From positions 52,452 through 116,451 of the forward strand of contig CAYGKO010000003.1 of NCBI GenBank assembly GCA_964350735.1: DNA of 64,000 bases, given 5' to 3'. The translations under genes were made by a program, and so were the position numbers. This DNA comes from an uncultured Candidatus Saccharibacteria bacterium. Lineage in GTDB: Bacteria > Patescibacteriota > Minisyncoccia > Phycocordibacterales > UBA918. Below, piece after piece: positions 8,494-18,050 of this stretch; position 1 is the first letter of the stretch; the number at the start of each line of letters is the position of its first letter. The notes under the pieces are model-generated. The model made no database searches. It saw only the letters and a program-made list of their open reading frames with translations, and had not been told where the DNA came from.

Positions 8494-9255
8494 TTATGCC
8501 AGCGCTTTAATCGCTTTCATAATCGCTACCTTCACAGCCGCTTCTTCTGATGGATAGGTACCATCGATCGTTTGGGTTAGAGCCTCAATCGCAGCTTGTA
8601 CTTTACCGTGTGGAGTTTGATCAGCTACTTCTTTCAACATGTCTGAAAGAATGACTGATTCTCCATTTTGATGTCGGTACAACGCATCAAAGTCGGCTGA
8701 AGCACCAGCGAGGGCAATCATTGGACGCTGTCCAATAAGTTGATACGCTGCTACCACATTTCCTTCAATGATCGCTTCAGCGAGTGAGTTAGTTACTGGA
8801 GCCAGTTCAAACTCAGACCGCACAGCCTCTTTCTTAGCTTCAGAAACTACAATTGTTTCTTCGACTACAAGTGGTTGTGCCTTGAGCTCTTCTCGCTTTG
8901 CTGTCAGCTCTTCCATTCGATCACAGTTGAGGACTACCCAACCGTCTTCAGTTGGATAGGTCACCTTAGCTTCAGTAATCACCTTTTCCAAGAATGTCCG
9001 TCGGTTTAGATCCTTATGACATACATTAATGAAGTGCTGCATCGCATCACCTGAGATAAGCACTCGGTGTGTATGTGCTAAGTTTTCAAGTTCTTGCATT
9101 TCCTGACTTAATTCAGTCACTTCAGGATCAACTAATTCTGGCACTTCAGTAGCTACTACCGCTGCGTAGCCAACAGCTGGATTACCCGTTGGTAAGTTAC
9201 TCGGTGCAACCGCAGATGCGATTGTATTAGTAACAGTTTCCACTGTTTCTACCAC
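8494..9255 (-). CDS. Hypothetical 253-aa cytoplasmic protein (GTG start), overlapping the upstream surface-protein gene by 7 nt
   Basis: ORF with no TM segments. The start codon at 9253-9255 is GTG. The first in-frame ATG is about 52 codons downstream. Arrangement suggests translational coupling. Confidence 0.45.
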   Translation of the reverse strand: MVETVETVTNTIASAVAPSNLPTGNPAVGYAAVVATEVPELVDPEVTELSQEMQELENLAHTHRVLISGDAMQHFINVCHKDLNRRTFLEKVITEAKVTYPTEDGWVVLNCDRMEELTAKREELKAQPLVVEETIVVSEAKKEAVRSEFELAPVTNSLAEAIIEGNVVAAYQLIGQRPMIALAGASADFDALYRHQNGESVILSDMLKEVADQTPHGKVQAAIEALTQTIDGTYPSEEAAVKVAIMKAIKALA

Positions 9256-11852
9256 CGGTGATTCTGTCCGCTGTACTTCTGGCTCAGCATCTGTAGTTTT
9301 TTTTTGTAGATCTCATCTTCAGTTGTTACTACACCAGCTACTACAGAAGTACGATTCTTGTAGATGAATACGTATGCTACGAAGAGTGCCCAGAGCGTAA
9401 GAAGTGCGTAGAAGATGAATGTCAGAATTGGACCAGCTTCAAATCCAGTGTATGGCACTTGTGTCAGTGCAATACCAGCCACCCGTGGTTCTTGTGATCG
9501 GTTCTCGAGCACAACCACATCTTCGTCTTCCACTTCAATATTTACTGTACATTCTCGGTCTCGACTACCTCGTTCAACTACTAAAGTGTATTCAGTATCT
9601 TCAGTTGGTCGAACTCGGATACTTCCATCATCTACATCATCATCGTCATCAGTAGAGAAGATTTCTCGATCACCCTTATCTCCTTCGAAGATAGTAAGTT
9701 CTCGTCCTCGACTCGTTTCCCATGAGAGTGTGATTTGTTCACCTGCCTTGATCGTTCGATCAGATGCGGTGAATTCACAACGTGGTCGACTTGATCCTCC
9801 ACCACCTCCACCACCTCGATTTTCTACTGTAATTGTTTCAGTACATGTCACTGGAGTTTCTCCAGCTGCGATAGCAGTAAGTGTGTAGGTGATGTCACCA
9901 ATTGTAGAAGGAGCATTTACAGTGATATCACTATCAGCTGGGAGATTACTTCCGACTCCTTGGTCAATTGACACGCTCTCTGCATTTGTCGTATCCCACC
10001 GGAGGGTGAATGAACCATTTTCAAGTACGGTAGATGGAGTAGCTTGGAAGCTTTCACACACGATGTTGCTACCACTTACTCCTGGCACCACCACGTTAGT
10101 TGGGTCAGTGTCCGTTACTGTCGCACCATCTACAGCTGAATCTCCCGTCACATTTGCCACATTAGTGAATGAAGCTTGTACGTTAGACGTGGCACACGTA
10201 TAGGTATCTGAAGCCCCTTGCGCAAGGCTACCAATTGTCTTGTTACACGCTGCTTCAAGTGGGTCGGTTACTACTACGTTTACCAAATTTTCATTACCAG
10301 TGTTCGTCACTACGATCTCAAAGTTAGCAATGCCACCAGCTGATACTGTCTGTGTATCATCCTTATCAATAGCATCACGCTTGATGATTTCAATTGCTGG
10401 ATTAGTTTGTGTAACAACCGGTGTTACCACAACCGGTGTCGTACATACTGCGTCTGCCTGACCATCTTTACGAGCAGTTAGTGTATAGGTCGTATCGCCA
10501 AGCGCTGGTGTCTCAACAAGCGTAGTTTTATTAGCGTCTGTGCTAATAACCGTAGCTCCTTTAGCAAAGGTAACTGAATCAGCGTTAGTCGTTGTCCAGT
10601 TAAAATTTACCGTTCCTCCTAGAGTAAGTGACTGTGAACCTTTTGGATTCAAATCACAAGTCGGCGCATTAACTGCAACTGCTGTAGTCGTAAGTGTCGC
10701 CGGACACGTAGCAGTCTTTCCAGCCCCATTGTTTACGGTTACGGTGTAGGTTTTGCTGCCAAGATCAGACTGACTTACTGCCTTACTGCCAGCGTTGTTC
10801 GCAACTGTAATCACACCCACACCATTGTTAGCAGAAGCTGATGCAATATTTGATCCACTAACAGTCAGTGTTGATGCCGTATTTACAGTGACTGAACTTG
10901 GAGAGAATGAAGCAGTACAGATTGGATCTGGCACTACTACTGGTGCCGCTGTCGTCGTGAGGGTTGCTGTACAAGACCCAGGCTTACCTTGGTTGTTAAG
11001 TACTGCAATGGTGTAGGTTTTAGTTCCAACTGTTGTCTGGGTTACAGACTTACTACCAGCGTTGTTCGCAATTGTTACCGCTCCAACACTATTATTCACT
11101 GAAGCCGAAGCTAGGTTTGAACCATTGATTTGGAGTGTAGCCGGTGTATTTACCTGAACTGAAGCCGGATTAAATAGCGCCGTACATACTGGATCAGGAT
11201 CTGGTGCTGGTGTAGGTTTTGCATTTACTGTAATTTTCACATTACAAGTCCGCTCCACACCATCAGCGTTTTTCACTGTACCAGTGAATACACGATTTGT
11301 ACCAGTTACGGTCACAGTAGTACTAAGGGGCTGGTTATTTATACCAATCGCTCCCTTACCACGATCCAATTTCGCAGAAACAGCATTGGTTCCCTTAAGC
11401 GTAAACGTAACTTGGTCACCCGCAGTGATAGTCAAGTTAGACTGACCATTCACTTTAAGGACACAAGATGGAATTGGGGCTGATACAACTCCAGGGTCAT
11501 CACGATCAGGCTCTGGGTTAGTCGGAGTACTTGGCTCGTCATCACGACCGCTGCCGCTACCACAACCACCGCAACCATTTCCACCTCCAGAGTTACCAGA
11601 GCCACCATTTGATGTACCCCCGGTACCAAAACCGCCGTCTCCACCAGCACCTTCGCCACCGCCAGAACCAGAACCTCCTCCAGAGCCGCCAGAGCCACCG
11701 TCAGAGTCTCCGCCAGAACCAAAAGCTTCAGCTTGAATTTCTTCGCTTGAGAACTCAAAAAATGATTGTACTTGTGGGAGTGCAATATAAGAAACCACTA
11801 CCGCAACTGCGATTGGGAAAATTAATTTTTTGAATGGAATATTTTTTTTCAT
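9249..11852 (-). CDS. Large secreted surface protein (868 aa) with N-terminal signal/TM, Gly/Ser-rich linker, tandem Ig-like/DUF11-like repeats and a C-terminal VPYTG + hydrophobic + basic sorting-like signal
   Basis: ATG at 11852 (MKKNIPFKKLIFPIAVAVVV). Two near-identical ~90-aa domains (CTATLTTTA...SKTYT). C-terminus ...LTQVPYTGFEAGPILTFIFYALLTLWALFVAYVFIYKNR. Confidence 0.75.
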   Translation of the reverse strand: MKKNIPFKKLIFPIAVAVVVSYIALPQVQSFFEFSSEEIQAEAFGSGGDSDGGSGGSGGGSGSGGGEGAGGDGGFGTGGTSNGGSGNSGGGNGCGGCGSGSGRDDEPSTPTNPEPDRDDPGVVSAPIPSCVLKVNGQSNLTITAGDQVTFTLKGTNAVSAKLDRGKGAIGINNQPLSTTVTVTGTNRVFTGTVKNADGVERTCNVKITVNAKPTPAPDPDPVCTALFNPASVQVNTPATLQINGSNLASASVNNSVGAVTIANNAGSKSVTQTTVGTKTYTIAVLNNQGKPGSCTATLTTTAAPVVVPDPICTASFSPSSVTVNTASTLTVSGSNIASASANNGVGVITVANNAGSKAVSQSDLGSKTYTVTVNNGAGKTATCPATLTTTAVAVNAPTCDLNPKGSQSLTLGGTVNFNWTTTNADSVTFAKGATVISTDANKTTLVETPALGDTTYTLTARKDGQADAVCTTPVVVTPVVTQTNPAIEIIKRDAIDKDDTQTVSAGGIANFEIVVTNTGNENLVNVVVTDPLEAACNKTIGSLAQGASDTYTCATSNVQASFTNVANVTGDSAVDGATVTDTDPTNVVVPGVSGSNIVCESFQATPSTVLENGSFTLRWDTTNAESVSIDQGVGSNLPADSDITVNAPSTIGDITYTLTAIAAGETPVTCTETITVENRGGGGGGGSSRPRCEFTASDRTIKAGEQITLSWETSRGRELTIFEGDKGDREIFSTDDDDDVDDGSIRVRPTEDTEYTLVVERGSRDRECTVNIEVEDEDVVVLENRSQEPRVAGIALTQVPYTGFEAGPILTFIFYALLTLWALFVAYVFIYKNRTSVVAGVVTTEDEIYKKKLQMLSQKYSGQNHRW

Positions 11853-11968
11853 AATAAATTTGATAAGTAAGTAATGTGTTACCTCTGTATATTCCCACCT
11901 ACACCAGTACGCGAGAATATAAAAGGTGAGAAGCCGATCACAAAGTGACCGCCTTCCCAAATCTTGAA

Positions 11969-12523
11969 TCAGGAGCGCGGGTATGCATCACGACCCGGGT
12001 CGCAGACGCACGCCAAGGCGCTGTCGAGCGGCACCAAGGTGATGTTGTTACATACCGCCGGGACATAAACTTCCCAACGGTGATTAACATTATCCCCTTG
12101 TGGGACCGTGACCCACCATTTCCGACAGATGAACAGCTTGCGCGTCCATTCGTCGGTGACGACAGTCGGATTGATGGAAATGAACCCATCACCCGAAATC
12201 ATTGCACCTGGCAGTATCTTTCCGCGATACTGTGTATCCAGGTTGATGAGCTCGTCGCCGTCAGGTCGAGTCAGCAGAGCGTTTCGGATCATGATCCGCT
12301 CTCGCTGAGAAAGGTTCAGTCGCCCAATTGCCAGAGCTTCTCTGAAACCATCCTTAACGAAACGCTCTTGCAAGGATGCTCCACCCCCGTCTGACCAACG
12401 AAGAGTTCCGTCAGCCATGAGGGTTCCGTTCTGGAAGACCGGACCCTTAGGAGAATCTGCACCAACAGGAAGCGGAGCAATAAAGCTCGCAGCCATACCA
12501 GCACAGAATGAACGCCTGTTCAT
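11969..12523 (-). CDS. Hypothetical secreted protein with twin-arginine-like signal (MNRRSFCAGMAASFIAPLPVGA); part of the GC-rich island
   Basis: ATG at 12523 with AAGGA SD. About 60% GC, against about 50% in neighbouring genes. Confidence 0.6.
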   Translation of the reverse strand: MNRRSFCAGMAASFIAPLPVGADSPKGPVFQNGTLMADGTLRWSDGGGASLQERFVKDGFREALAIGRLNLSQRERIMIRNALLTRPDGDELINLDTQYRGKILPGAMISGDGFISINPTVVTDEWTRKLFICRKWWVTVPQGDNVNHRWEVYVPAVCNNITLVPLDSALACVCDPGRDAYPRS

Positions 12524-12526
12524 TGG

Positions 12527-13039
12527 CTATCCTTTCGGTTTGACCATCCAAATGGCCGCTGCGTTATCCTTCGAGTTAGCGAAGGCTGGATCATCATGCC
12601 TCGTCTCGATTGAGCCATGACAGTTGACCGTTGGCCCTCCATTTGCTGGAAAAGCTTTCTGGAGACCGATCGCTGGCCAAGAAGACGGTGCTTTGACACA
12701 GATGTCGCGACCCGGCGCCTTCATGCTGTCGGGCGCCTCGAAGTACCAGGTGCCGTTGTGCTCAAGCTCGAGCGTAACGACGTGTGTTTCGCCAGTCGGG
12801 TTGCCGCTGAGGTAGCCGAGAAAAGTGAACGTACCGGTAGCCGGCTTGATCTCACCCTTCTTCAGAGCTTTCTCGAACGCGACAATCATTTGGCCGTCAT
12901 CGAAGTTATATGCGCGGGCGATTTCCCACACCTTCTCAGATTCTTCAACGGCGACCAAACCGGTCCACCATTTCCCGTCAGCCAAAGCTGGGGTAACAAA
13001 GCAAAGCGCCATAACAGCGCTCAAAAGAATGCGAAGCAT
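12527..13039 (-). CDS. Hypothetical secreted protein (signal peptide MLRILLSAVMALCFVTPALA); part of the GC-rich island
   Basis: ATG at 13039 with GGAGA SD. The ORF-track start at 13075 is TTG. Confidence 0.6.
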   Translation of the reverse strand: MLRILLSAVMALCFVTPALADGKWWTGLVAVEESEKVWEIARAYNFDDGQMIVAFEKALKKGEIKPATGTFTFLGYLSGNPTGETHVVTLELEHNGTWYFEAPDSMKAPGRDICVKAPSSWPAIGLQKAFPANGGPTVNCHGSIETRHDDPAFANSKDNAAAIWMVKPKG

Positions 13040-13288
13040 GTCGCTCTCCAATTCTGATTCAATTTCAAAGTTCAATTACTCCCTCTACCATCCACGGCGA
13101 TAAGGTTGAACTTACTCGTGCGATGGCAGCGAGCTTGGTTGCAAGAAACGGACGACGCTCATAGGAGCGCGTTTCTTAGGACCAAGCTTGCTAGGAATAT
13201 GTTGTGAGATACTGCGACTTCCTCAATATGATGAGGACTCGCTTCGTTCATCTGTGAACTACTTTACTCTACTATTGTAGCATATCTA

Positions 13289-13431
13289 TTGACTTTTGTC
13301 AATATAATTGTCTAGTTATTTATTGGTCCAGCAATTTCTTCTAAAGAGGTAGAAAATTGGTAACTTGTACCCTGTGGGTATAAATTCAATATAGTCGTTG
13401 CACTCCTTATTTCATTCAACTTTTGTCAATA
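13289..13431. repeat. Two copies of the 13-mer ACTTTTGTCAATA (13292-13304 and 13419-13431) in an AT-rich intergenic region; the first copy is within the palindrome TTGACttttGTCAA
   Basis: Direct repeats read from the sequence. Lies upstream of the island genes and downstream of the sortase gene. Confidence 0.4.
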
Positions 13432-13482
13432 CTATGGTGCAACTGAATAATGGATCCGAGCGATCCTCAGAGCCATTATTAC

Positions 13483-14211
13483 TTATAGTTGTACGGTCTT
13501 TACTAATGTCGCTTCAAGGATAAACCGGTCATCTGTCGAGCCGAAGCTATCGCACGTTGCGAGCGTAAGCTTAGCCTTATCATCGCTCATTGGCACCGTC
13601 ACTTCAGAGGCTTTGGCTTCGTAGACGCGATCTACGCGGTAGATATATTCAGTATCGATAGACTGCACGCGCACGGTATCACCCCACGAGAGCTTCTGGA
13701 TACCGTTAAAGGCCTGAAAATTCTTATTGAGTACGTTCGGCAAGTAACTAGAATGGCCTAGAATAAGGATGTTTCCGGTATTTTTGAAGTCGGCTGAATC
13801 AGGATGACGTACTACTCCACCTAAAAGCGCCGCATCAAGGTCGGCAACAGCTCGAGAAGTTGGGTTTTTTACCACTACTTCCCGGCCACCAAGGGAGTCA
13901 AAAATGATCTTGGTCGGCAAGGCAGCCGCATCTAGTACCTCAGCTTTTGACTCAGGTTCAATCACTGCTAGTGGCGCCCGCTCTCGCACTTCTGCAACTG
14001 CTTCGACTACAGTGTCTGACACCCCAGCTACCAGCTCATCTACTATTGTCACCGCCGAATCAGAGGATTTTTCTACCGGCTCTGGAATGAAATCTACTAC
14101 AAACAGAACGAAATACGTGAACAGTACCGTACCAAAAAAGACCCCAAAAAAAGCGAGCTTTTGGCGCTTGATTTGCTCATATACGTCCCAAAAGGTGTCG
14201 GATAGGTTCAT
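13483..14211 (-). CDS. Sortase-family transpeptidase (N-terminal TM anchor)
   Basis: Conserved His (ILILGHSSY), catalytic Cys in a TLxTC motif (KLTLATCDSFG), and a downstream Arg. Length and topology are typical of a sortase. Confidence 0.7.
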   Translation of the reverse strand: MNLSDTFWDVYEQIKRQKLAFFGVFFGTVLFTYFVLFVVDFIPEPVEKSSDSAVTIVDELVAGVSDTVVEAVAEVRERAPLAVIEPESKAEVLDAAALPTKIIFDSLGGREVVVKNPTSRAVADLDAALLGGVVRHPDSADFKNTGNILILGHSSYLPNVLNKNFQAFNGIQKLSWGDTVRVQSIDTEYIYRVDRVYEAKASEVTVPMSDDKAKLTLATCDSFGSTDDRFILEATLVKTVQL

Positions 14212-14434
14212 AACAATAAGGATATTAGTGATCGATATAATACACTATATTTTTATAAAGTCAATACTGATGCTTGACATTACTAAGTAATATGATATGA
14301 TATTGGAGTCAAATTACTCGAGCGTTCGAGTTTGGTTCTCACTTGCATATCCTGTTCTCCCCCACTCATTAGTGAGTGGTGATTTCTCGGTATGTAGTGA
14401 TAGCTGACATTTAAATGTAACTATCCTTTATTGT

Positions 14435-15481
14435 ATGAATAATGTAACTCAAGAATCAAAAGATTCAGTCATGAAGACCATGGCAGTAGTGGGATTTGTT
14501 GCAGTCATCATCTTTGCAGTATGGCTCGCAGTCCAAATCGTACAGCTCATCCCTGGCGCCTTCACCTCACTCGCCTCTATTGCAGATGGTGTCTACGGCA
14601 ATCGTCCGGTCGCTGAATTTACAGTCGCTTCAAATGAAAGTGTGGTAAACACTGGCGAAGACTTCACACTTTCGTGGACAAACGTAAACCAAAACGGTAC
14701 GTACTCATTTATGTACAAATGTACTGATGGTGTATCAGTTGATATCCGAAACAATGCTGGGGAAATCGTCAGCATTGCTTGCGACACACCACTTGGTCTT
14801 GGTACTGAGGTAACATCACTAGAAATTGCAGCTGCTTCCGAAAAGAAGCGGTTTACAGACGTGGGTTATACCGTCGCCTTCCGCCCAAATGGAGCGGCAG
14901 ATGTAGCCGCTTCACAAAGTGGTAAGTTCACAGTAGTGAACCCCAGTATTCCACAAAGTGTCGCTGTAGCAGATGATACAGACGAATCAGAAGGTGAAGT
15001 AGCTGGTGAAACAACCTCTACTGAATCAGAAGAAGATACTGTTGATCCGGCTCCAGTCGTATCTACTCCAGCTCCCACAGTGATCGAAACACCCATCATT
15101 GCTATCCCAACTTCAGATCCCAACGGATTTACTGACTTGGAAGTGCGATTCCTCGGCGTTGGTACCATGGACAATAATAACCGTTTCACCCAAACCGCAA
15201 CTATCGACAACGATCGTCGGGGAGCGTATCAGTTTGAAGTGAAGAACACTGGTACTAAAACTTCTACTGCTTGGGAGTATGCTGCCATTCTTACATCAGG
15301 GACTGAATACGAATCAGGGCGACAAGATCCACTCAAGCCAAACGAACGATCAGTAATCACTCTTGGTTTTGATGCAGTTGGTGAAACTGGCGTCCAATTC
15401 TTCGGAGCTACCGTTTCAGGCGGAAGTGACCGAAACCGAAACAACAACAGCTTCACCTGGGCAGTTGAAGTAACGAACTAA
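14435..15481 (+). CDS. Hypothetical membrane-anchored extracytoplasmic protein (348 aa) with acidic Thr/Ser linker
   Basis: ORF with a TM segment (MAVVGFVAVIIFAVWLAV). Followed by a strong terminator. Alternative ATG at 14471. Confidence 0.6.
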   Translation: MNNVTQESKDSVMKTMAVVGFVAVIIFAVWLAVQIVQLIPGAFTSLASIADGVYGNRPVAEFTVASNESVVNTGEDFTLSWTNVNQNGTYSFMYKCTDGVSVDIRNNAGEIVSIACDTPLGLGTEVTSLEIAAASEKKRFTDVGYTVAFRPNGAADVAASQSGKFTVVNPSIPQSVAVADDTDESEGEVAGETTSTESEEDTVDPAPVVSTPAPTVIETPIIAIPTSDPNGFTDLEVRFLGVGTMDNNNRFTQTATIDNDRRGAYQFEVKNTGTKTSTAWEYAAILTSGTEYESGRQDPLKPNERSVITLGFDAVGETGVQFFGATVSGGSDRNRNNNSFTWAVEVTN

Positions 15482-15512
15482 CGTAGAAACTAAAATCTCG
15501 AACGCTACATTA

Positions 15513-15552
15513 AAAACCAGCCGGCGCCCTAGGGCGCCGGCTGGTTTTTTTA
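15513..15552. terminator. Bidirectional intrinsic terminator (13-bp GC stem flanked by an A run and a T run)
   Basis: aaaaa, ccagccggcgccc, ta, gggcgccggctgg, ttttttt. Confidence 0.85.
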
Positions 15553-15565
15553 TCTATAGCTAACG

Positions 15566-17638
15566 TTAGATATCTAAGTTTGCGTGCTGGGCGTTGGATT
15601 GAATAAAACTTTTTCGTGAAGCTACATCAGTGCCCATTAAGATATCAAATACCTTGTCAGCTTCTTGGGCGTCATCAATGGTCACCTGCTTCAGCAACCG
15701 CTTATCTGCCTGCATGGTAGTCTCGCCGAGCTCTTCTGCATTCATTTCTCCCAGACCCTTATACCGCTGGATCCGGAATTTACCAGCTGCTTTTTTGGTT
15801 TCCTCAACTTCATCTTCACCATCATCTCCTTCTTCGATCACCTCATCAGGTTCGTCTTCACCGACAATGGCAAACTTCTCTTGGTCAGTGTAGGCATACC
15901 ACGTCTCTTTCCCTTTCTGGATTTTATAGAGTGGCGGCTGCGCAATGTATACATACCCTTCTTCTACCAAGGTCTTGAAGTACCGGTAGAAGAGTGTGAG
16001 TAAAAGCGTTCGAATGTGCGCCCCATCAACGTCCGCGTCAGTCGCGATAATGATTTTGTGGTACCGTAGTTTTGAGACATCAAACACATCACCGATGGCA
16101 GTTCCGAGTGCTATCACTAAGTTCTTGATTTGTTCTGATGCAAGCATCTTGTCAATCCGGGCTCGCTCTACGTTTAGGATCTTTCCTCGTAGCGGCAGGA
16201 TAGCCTGTGTCTTTCGGTCACGACCCATCTTGGCTGATCCACCAGCTGAGTCTCCCTCTACAATAAATATCTCTGAATCCTCAGCTCGTTTACTCTGGCA
16301 GTCGGCCAATTTACCTGGTAGCGACATTCCCTCAAGGGCACCTTTACGTAACACTGAGTCTTTGGCCGCCTTAGCTGCTTTACGGGCCTTCACCGCAATC
16401 ACCACCTTATTGATAATGGCTTTCGCATCGTCCGGATTCTCTTCGAGATACGCATTGAACGCCTCTCCAAAGACTGATTCCACCGCCCCTCGGGCCTCAA
16501 CTGATCCTAGCTTACCTTTGGTCTGTCCTTCAAACTGAATCTCTGGCATCTTCACCGACACTACGGCTGTAATGCCTTCAAGTACGTCATCGCCAGTAAA
16601 GCCTGCGTCTTTGTCTTTGACACTAAAGAAGTTGTTTTTCTTGGCGTAGTTATTGAGCGTGCGGGTCAGGGCTGTCTTAAAGCCAGTGATATGGGTTCCG
16701 TGCTCTGGGTTGTAGATATTGTTCGCAAAGGCCGAAATCCGAGAAGAAATATCATCAACGTACTGTAACGACACTTCAACCGACAGTACATTCTCATCAA
16801 TATCGTTTTTCTCAATGTAGAAAATATTTTTGTGAACAGGCTTCTGGTACTGGTTATTGAAGGCCACCAGTGAACGAAGACCCCCTTCAAAGTAAAACGT
16901 CTGGTGTGGTACTTCGAGCTTCTCGTCGGCCAAATACACCACTGACTCCAGCGACTTTGGATCAAGCTTCGCATCGCTTTCGCGCGCATCAATCACGGTC
17001 ATGCGCATTCCTTTTACCAAGTAGGCTTGCTGTCGCAAGTGAGTGACTACTCGCTTCCAGTCGTATTTTACCTCTGGGAAAATAGTGGGATCCGCCTGGA
17101 AGATCACAATCGAACCATTGTGCTTAGTCTTACCTAATTTCTTCACCCGTGCTTTGGCTTTACCAATGGCATACTCTTGCATGTACTGATCGCCATCTTT
17201 ATGGACATCAACTCGAGTATGGGTCGATAGCGCATTCACCACCGATACACCTACACCATGGAGTCCACCTGATACCTTATACCCAGACTCATCACCACCG
17301 AACTTACCTCCCGCGTGCAGCGTCGTCATAATCGTCTCTAGCGCCGAGACCTTGGTCTGCTTGTGCATATCAACCGGGATACCTCGTCCGTTGTCGACCA
17401 CCCGAATGTAGTTGTCGGGCAGTAGTGCCACCTCAACTCGGTCTGCAAAACCACCCATCGCTTCATCGCGCGAGTTGTCGAAGATCTCCCAGATCATGTG
17501 ATGGAGACCATCGGGTCCAGTCGTACCAATGTACATCCCAGGGCGTTTTCGTACCGGTTCTAATCCTTCCAGGACCGAGATGGAAGAGGCGTCATAGCCT
17601 TTTGCTTTCTTGGGGGCAGCAGGTTTTTTAGCAGGCAT
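15566..17638 (-). CDS. gyrB: DNA gyrase subunit B
   Basis: GHKL ATPase motifs, TOPRIM domain (EGDSAGGSAK), and a GyrB C-terminal tail. Confidence 0.95.
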   Translation of the reverse strand: MPAKKPAAPKKAKGYDASSISVLEGLEPVRKRPGMYIGTTGPDGLHHMIWEIFDNSRDEAMGGFADRVEVALLPDNYIRVVDNGRGIPVDMHKQTKVSALETIMTTLHAGGKFGGDESGYKVSGGLHGVGVSVVNALSTHTRVDVHKDGDQYMQEYAIGKAKARVKKLGKTKHNGSIVIFQADPTIFPEVKYDWKRVVTHLRQQAYLVKGMRMTVIDARESDAKLDPKSLESVVYLADEKLEVPHQTFYFEGGLRSLVAFNNQYQKPVHKNIFYIEKNDIDENVLSVEVSLQYVDDISSRISAFANNIYNPEHGTHITGFKTALTRTLNNYAKKNNFFSVKDKDAGFTGDDVLEGITAVVSVKMPEIQFEGQTKGKLGSVEARGAVESVFGEAFNAYLEENPDDAKAIINKVVIAVKARKAAKAAKDSVLRKGALEGMSLPGKLADCQSKRAEDSEIFIVEGDSAGGSAKMGRDRKTQAILPLRGKILNVERARIDKMLASEQIKNLVIALGTAIGDVFDVSKLRYHKIIIATDADVDGAHIRTLLLTLFYRYFKTLVEEGYVYIAQPPLYKIQKGKETWYAYTDQEKFAIVGEDEPDEVIEEGDDGEDEVEETKKAAGKFRIQRYKGLGEMNAEELGETTMQADKRLLKQVTIDDAQEADKVFDILMGTDVASRKSFIQSNAQHANLDI

Positions 17639-17730
17639 AGTGGATAAGCAGAATAAAAATAATCAATGAATATGCCGGTATTATAGCAAATATACTGCTT
17701 GATTGCCCGCTACACTCGTGGCAAAAATAC

Positions 17731-17756
17731 TTGACAAAAAGCAGAAAAATTACAAT
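17731..17756 (+). promoter_or_regulatory. Possible sigma70-like promoter (TTGACA ... TACAAT) upstream of the small ORF; spacer only 14 nt
   Basis: ttgaca at 17731-17736 and tacaat at 17751-17756. The short spacing weakens the call. Confidence 0.25.
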
Positions 17757-17818
17757 TCACCCCTACCTGTGGTTCACCTCTCTAAACCGGCGTATTCTAA
17801 ATTTTAGGAGGATACACG

Positions 17819-18007
17819 ATGACCGACGTTCAGAAGGAACTTGTTGGTCGTGGCCAGCAAGTGCAGCCGCGCGCAGCGTTACTGCAAAGACACGAAAACG
17901 AGCCCCGCTGGCTTGCCTGGGCTCGTACACAAGGTTACGACCTAAGAAATCAGAGTGTTTGTAAACTTGCATATGCAGCGTACAAAAACACTAGGCGAGG
18001 TGGATGA
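17819..18007 (+). CDS. Candidate 62-aa basic small protein
   Basis: Very strong SD TAGGAGGA (17805-17812) 7 nt before the ATG. About 52% GC, inside an otherwise AT-rich intergenic region between gyrB and pheT. Confidence 0.3.
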   Translation: MTDVQKELVGRGQQVQPRAALLQRHENEPRWLAWARTQGYDLRNQSVCKLAYAAYKNTRRGG

Positions 18008-18050
18008 CTGTCTAAAAACTACTCATCCCCCTCGCTTTCGCTAACTCTAC

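Noticed and set aside
17731-17756. Classical sigma70 promoter call with high confidence
   Set aside because: The TTGACA to TACAAT spacer is 14 nt, outside the 16-18-nt optimum. Retained only as a low-confidence feature.
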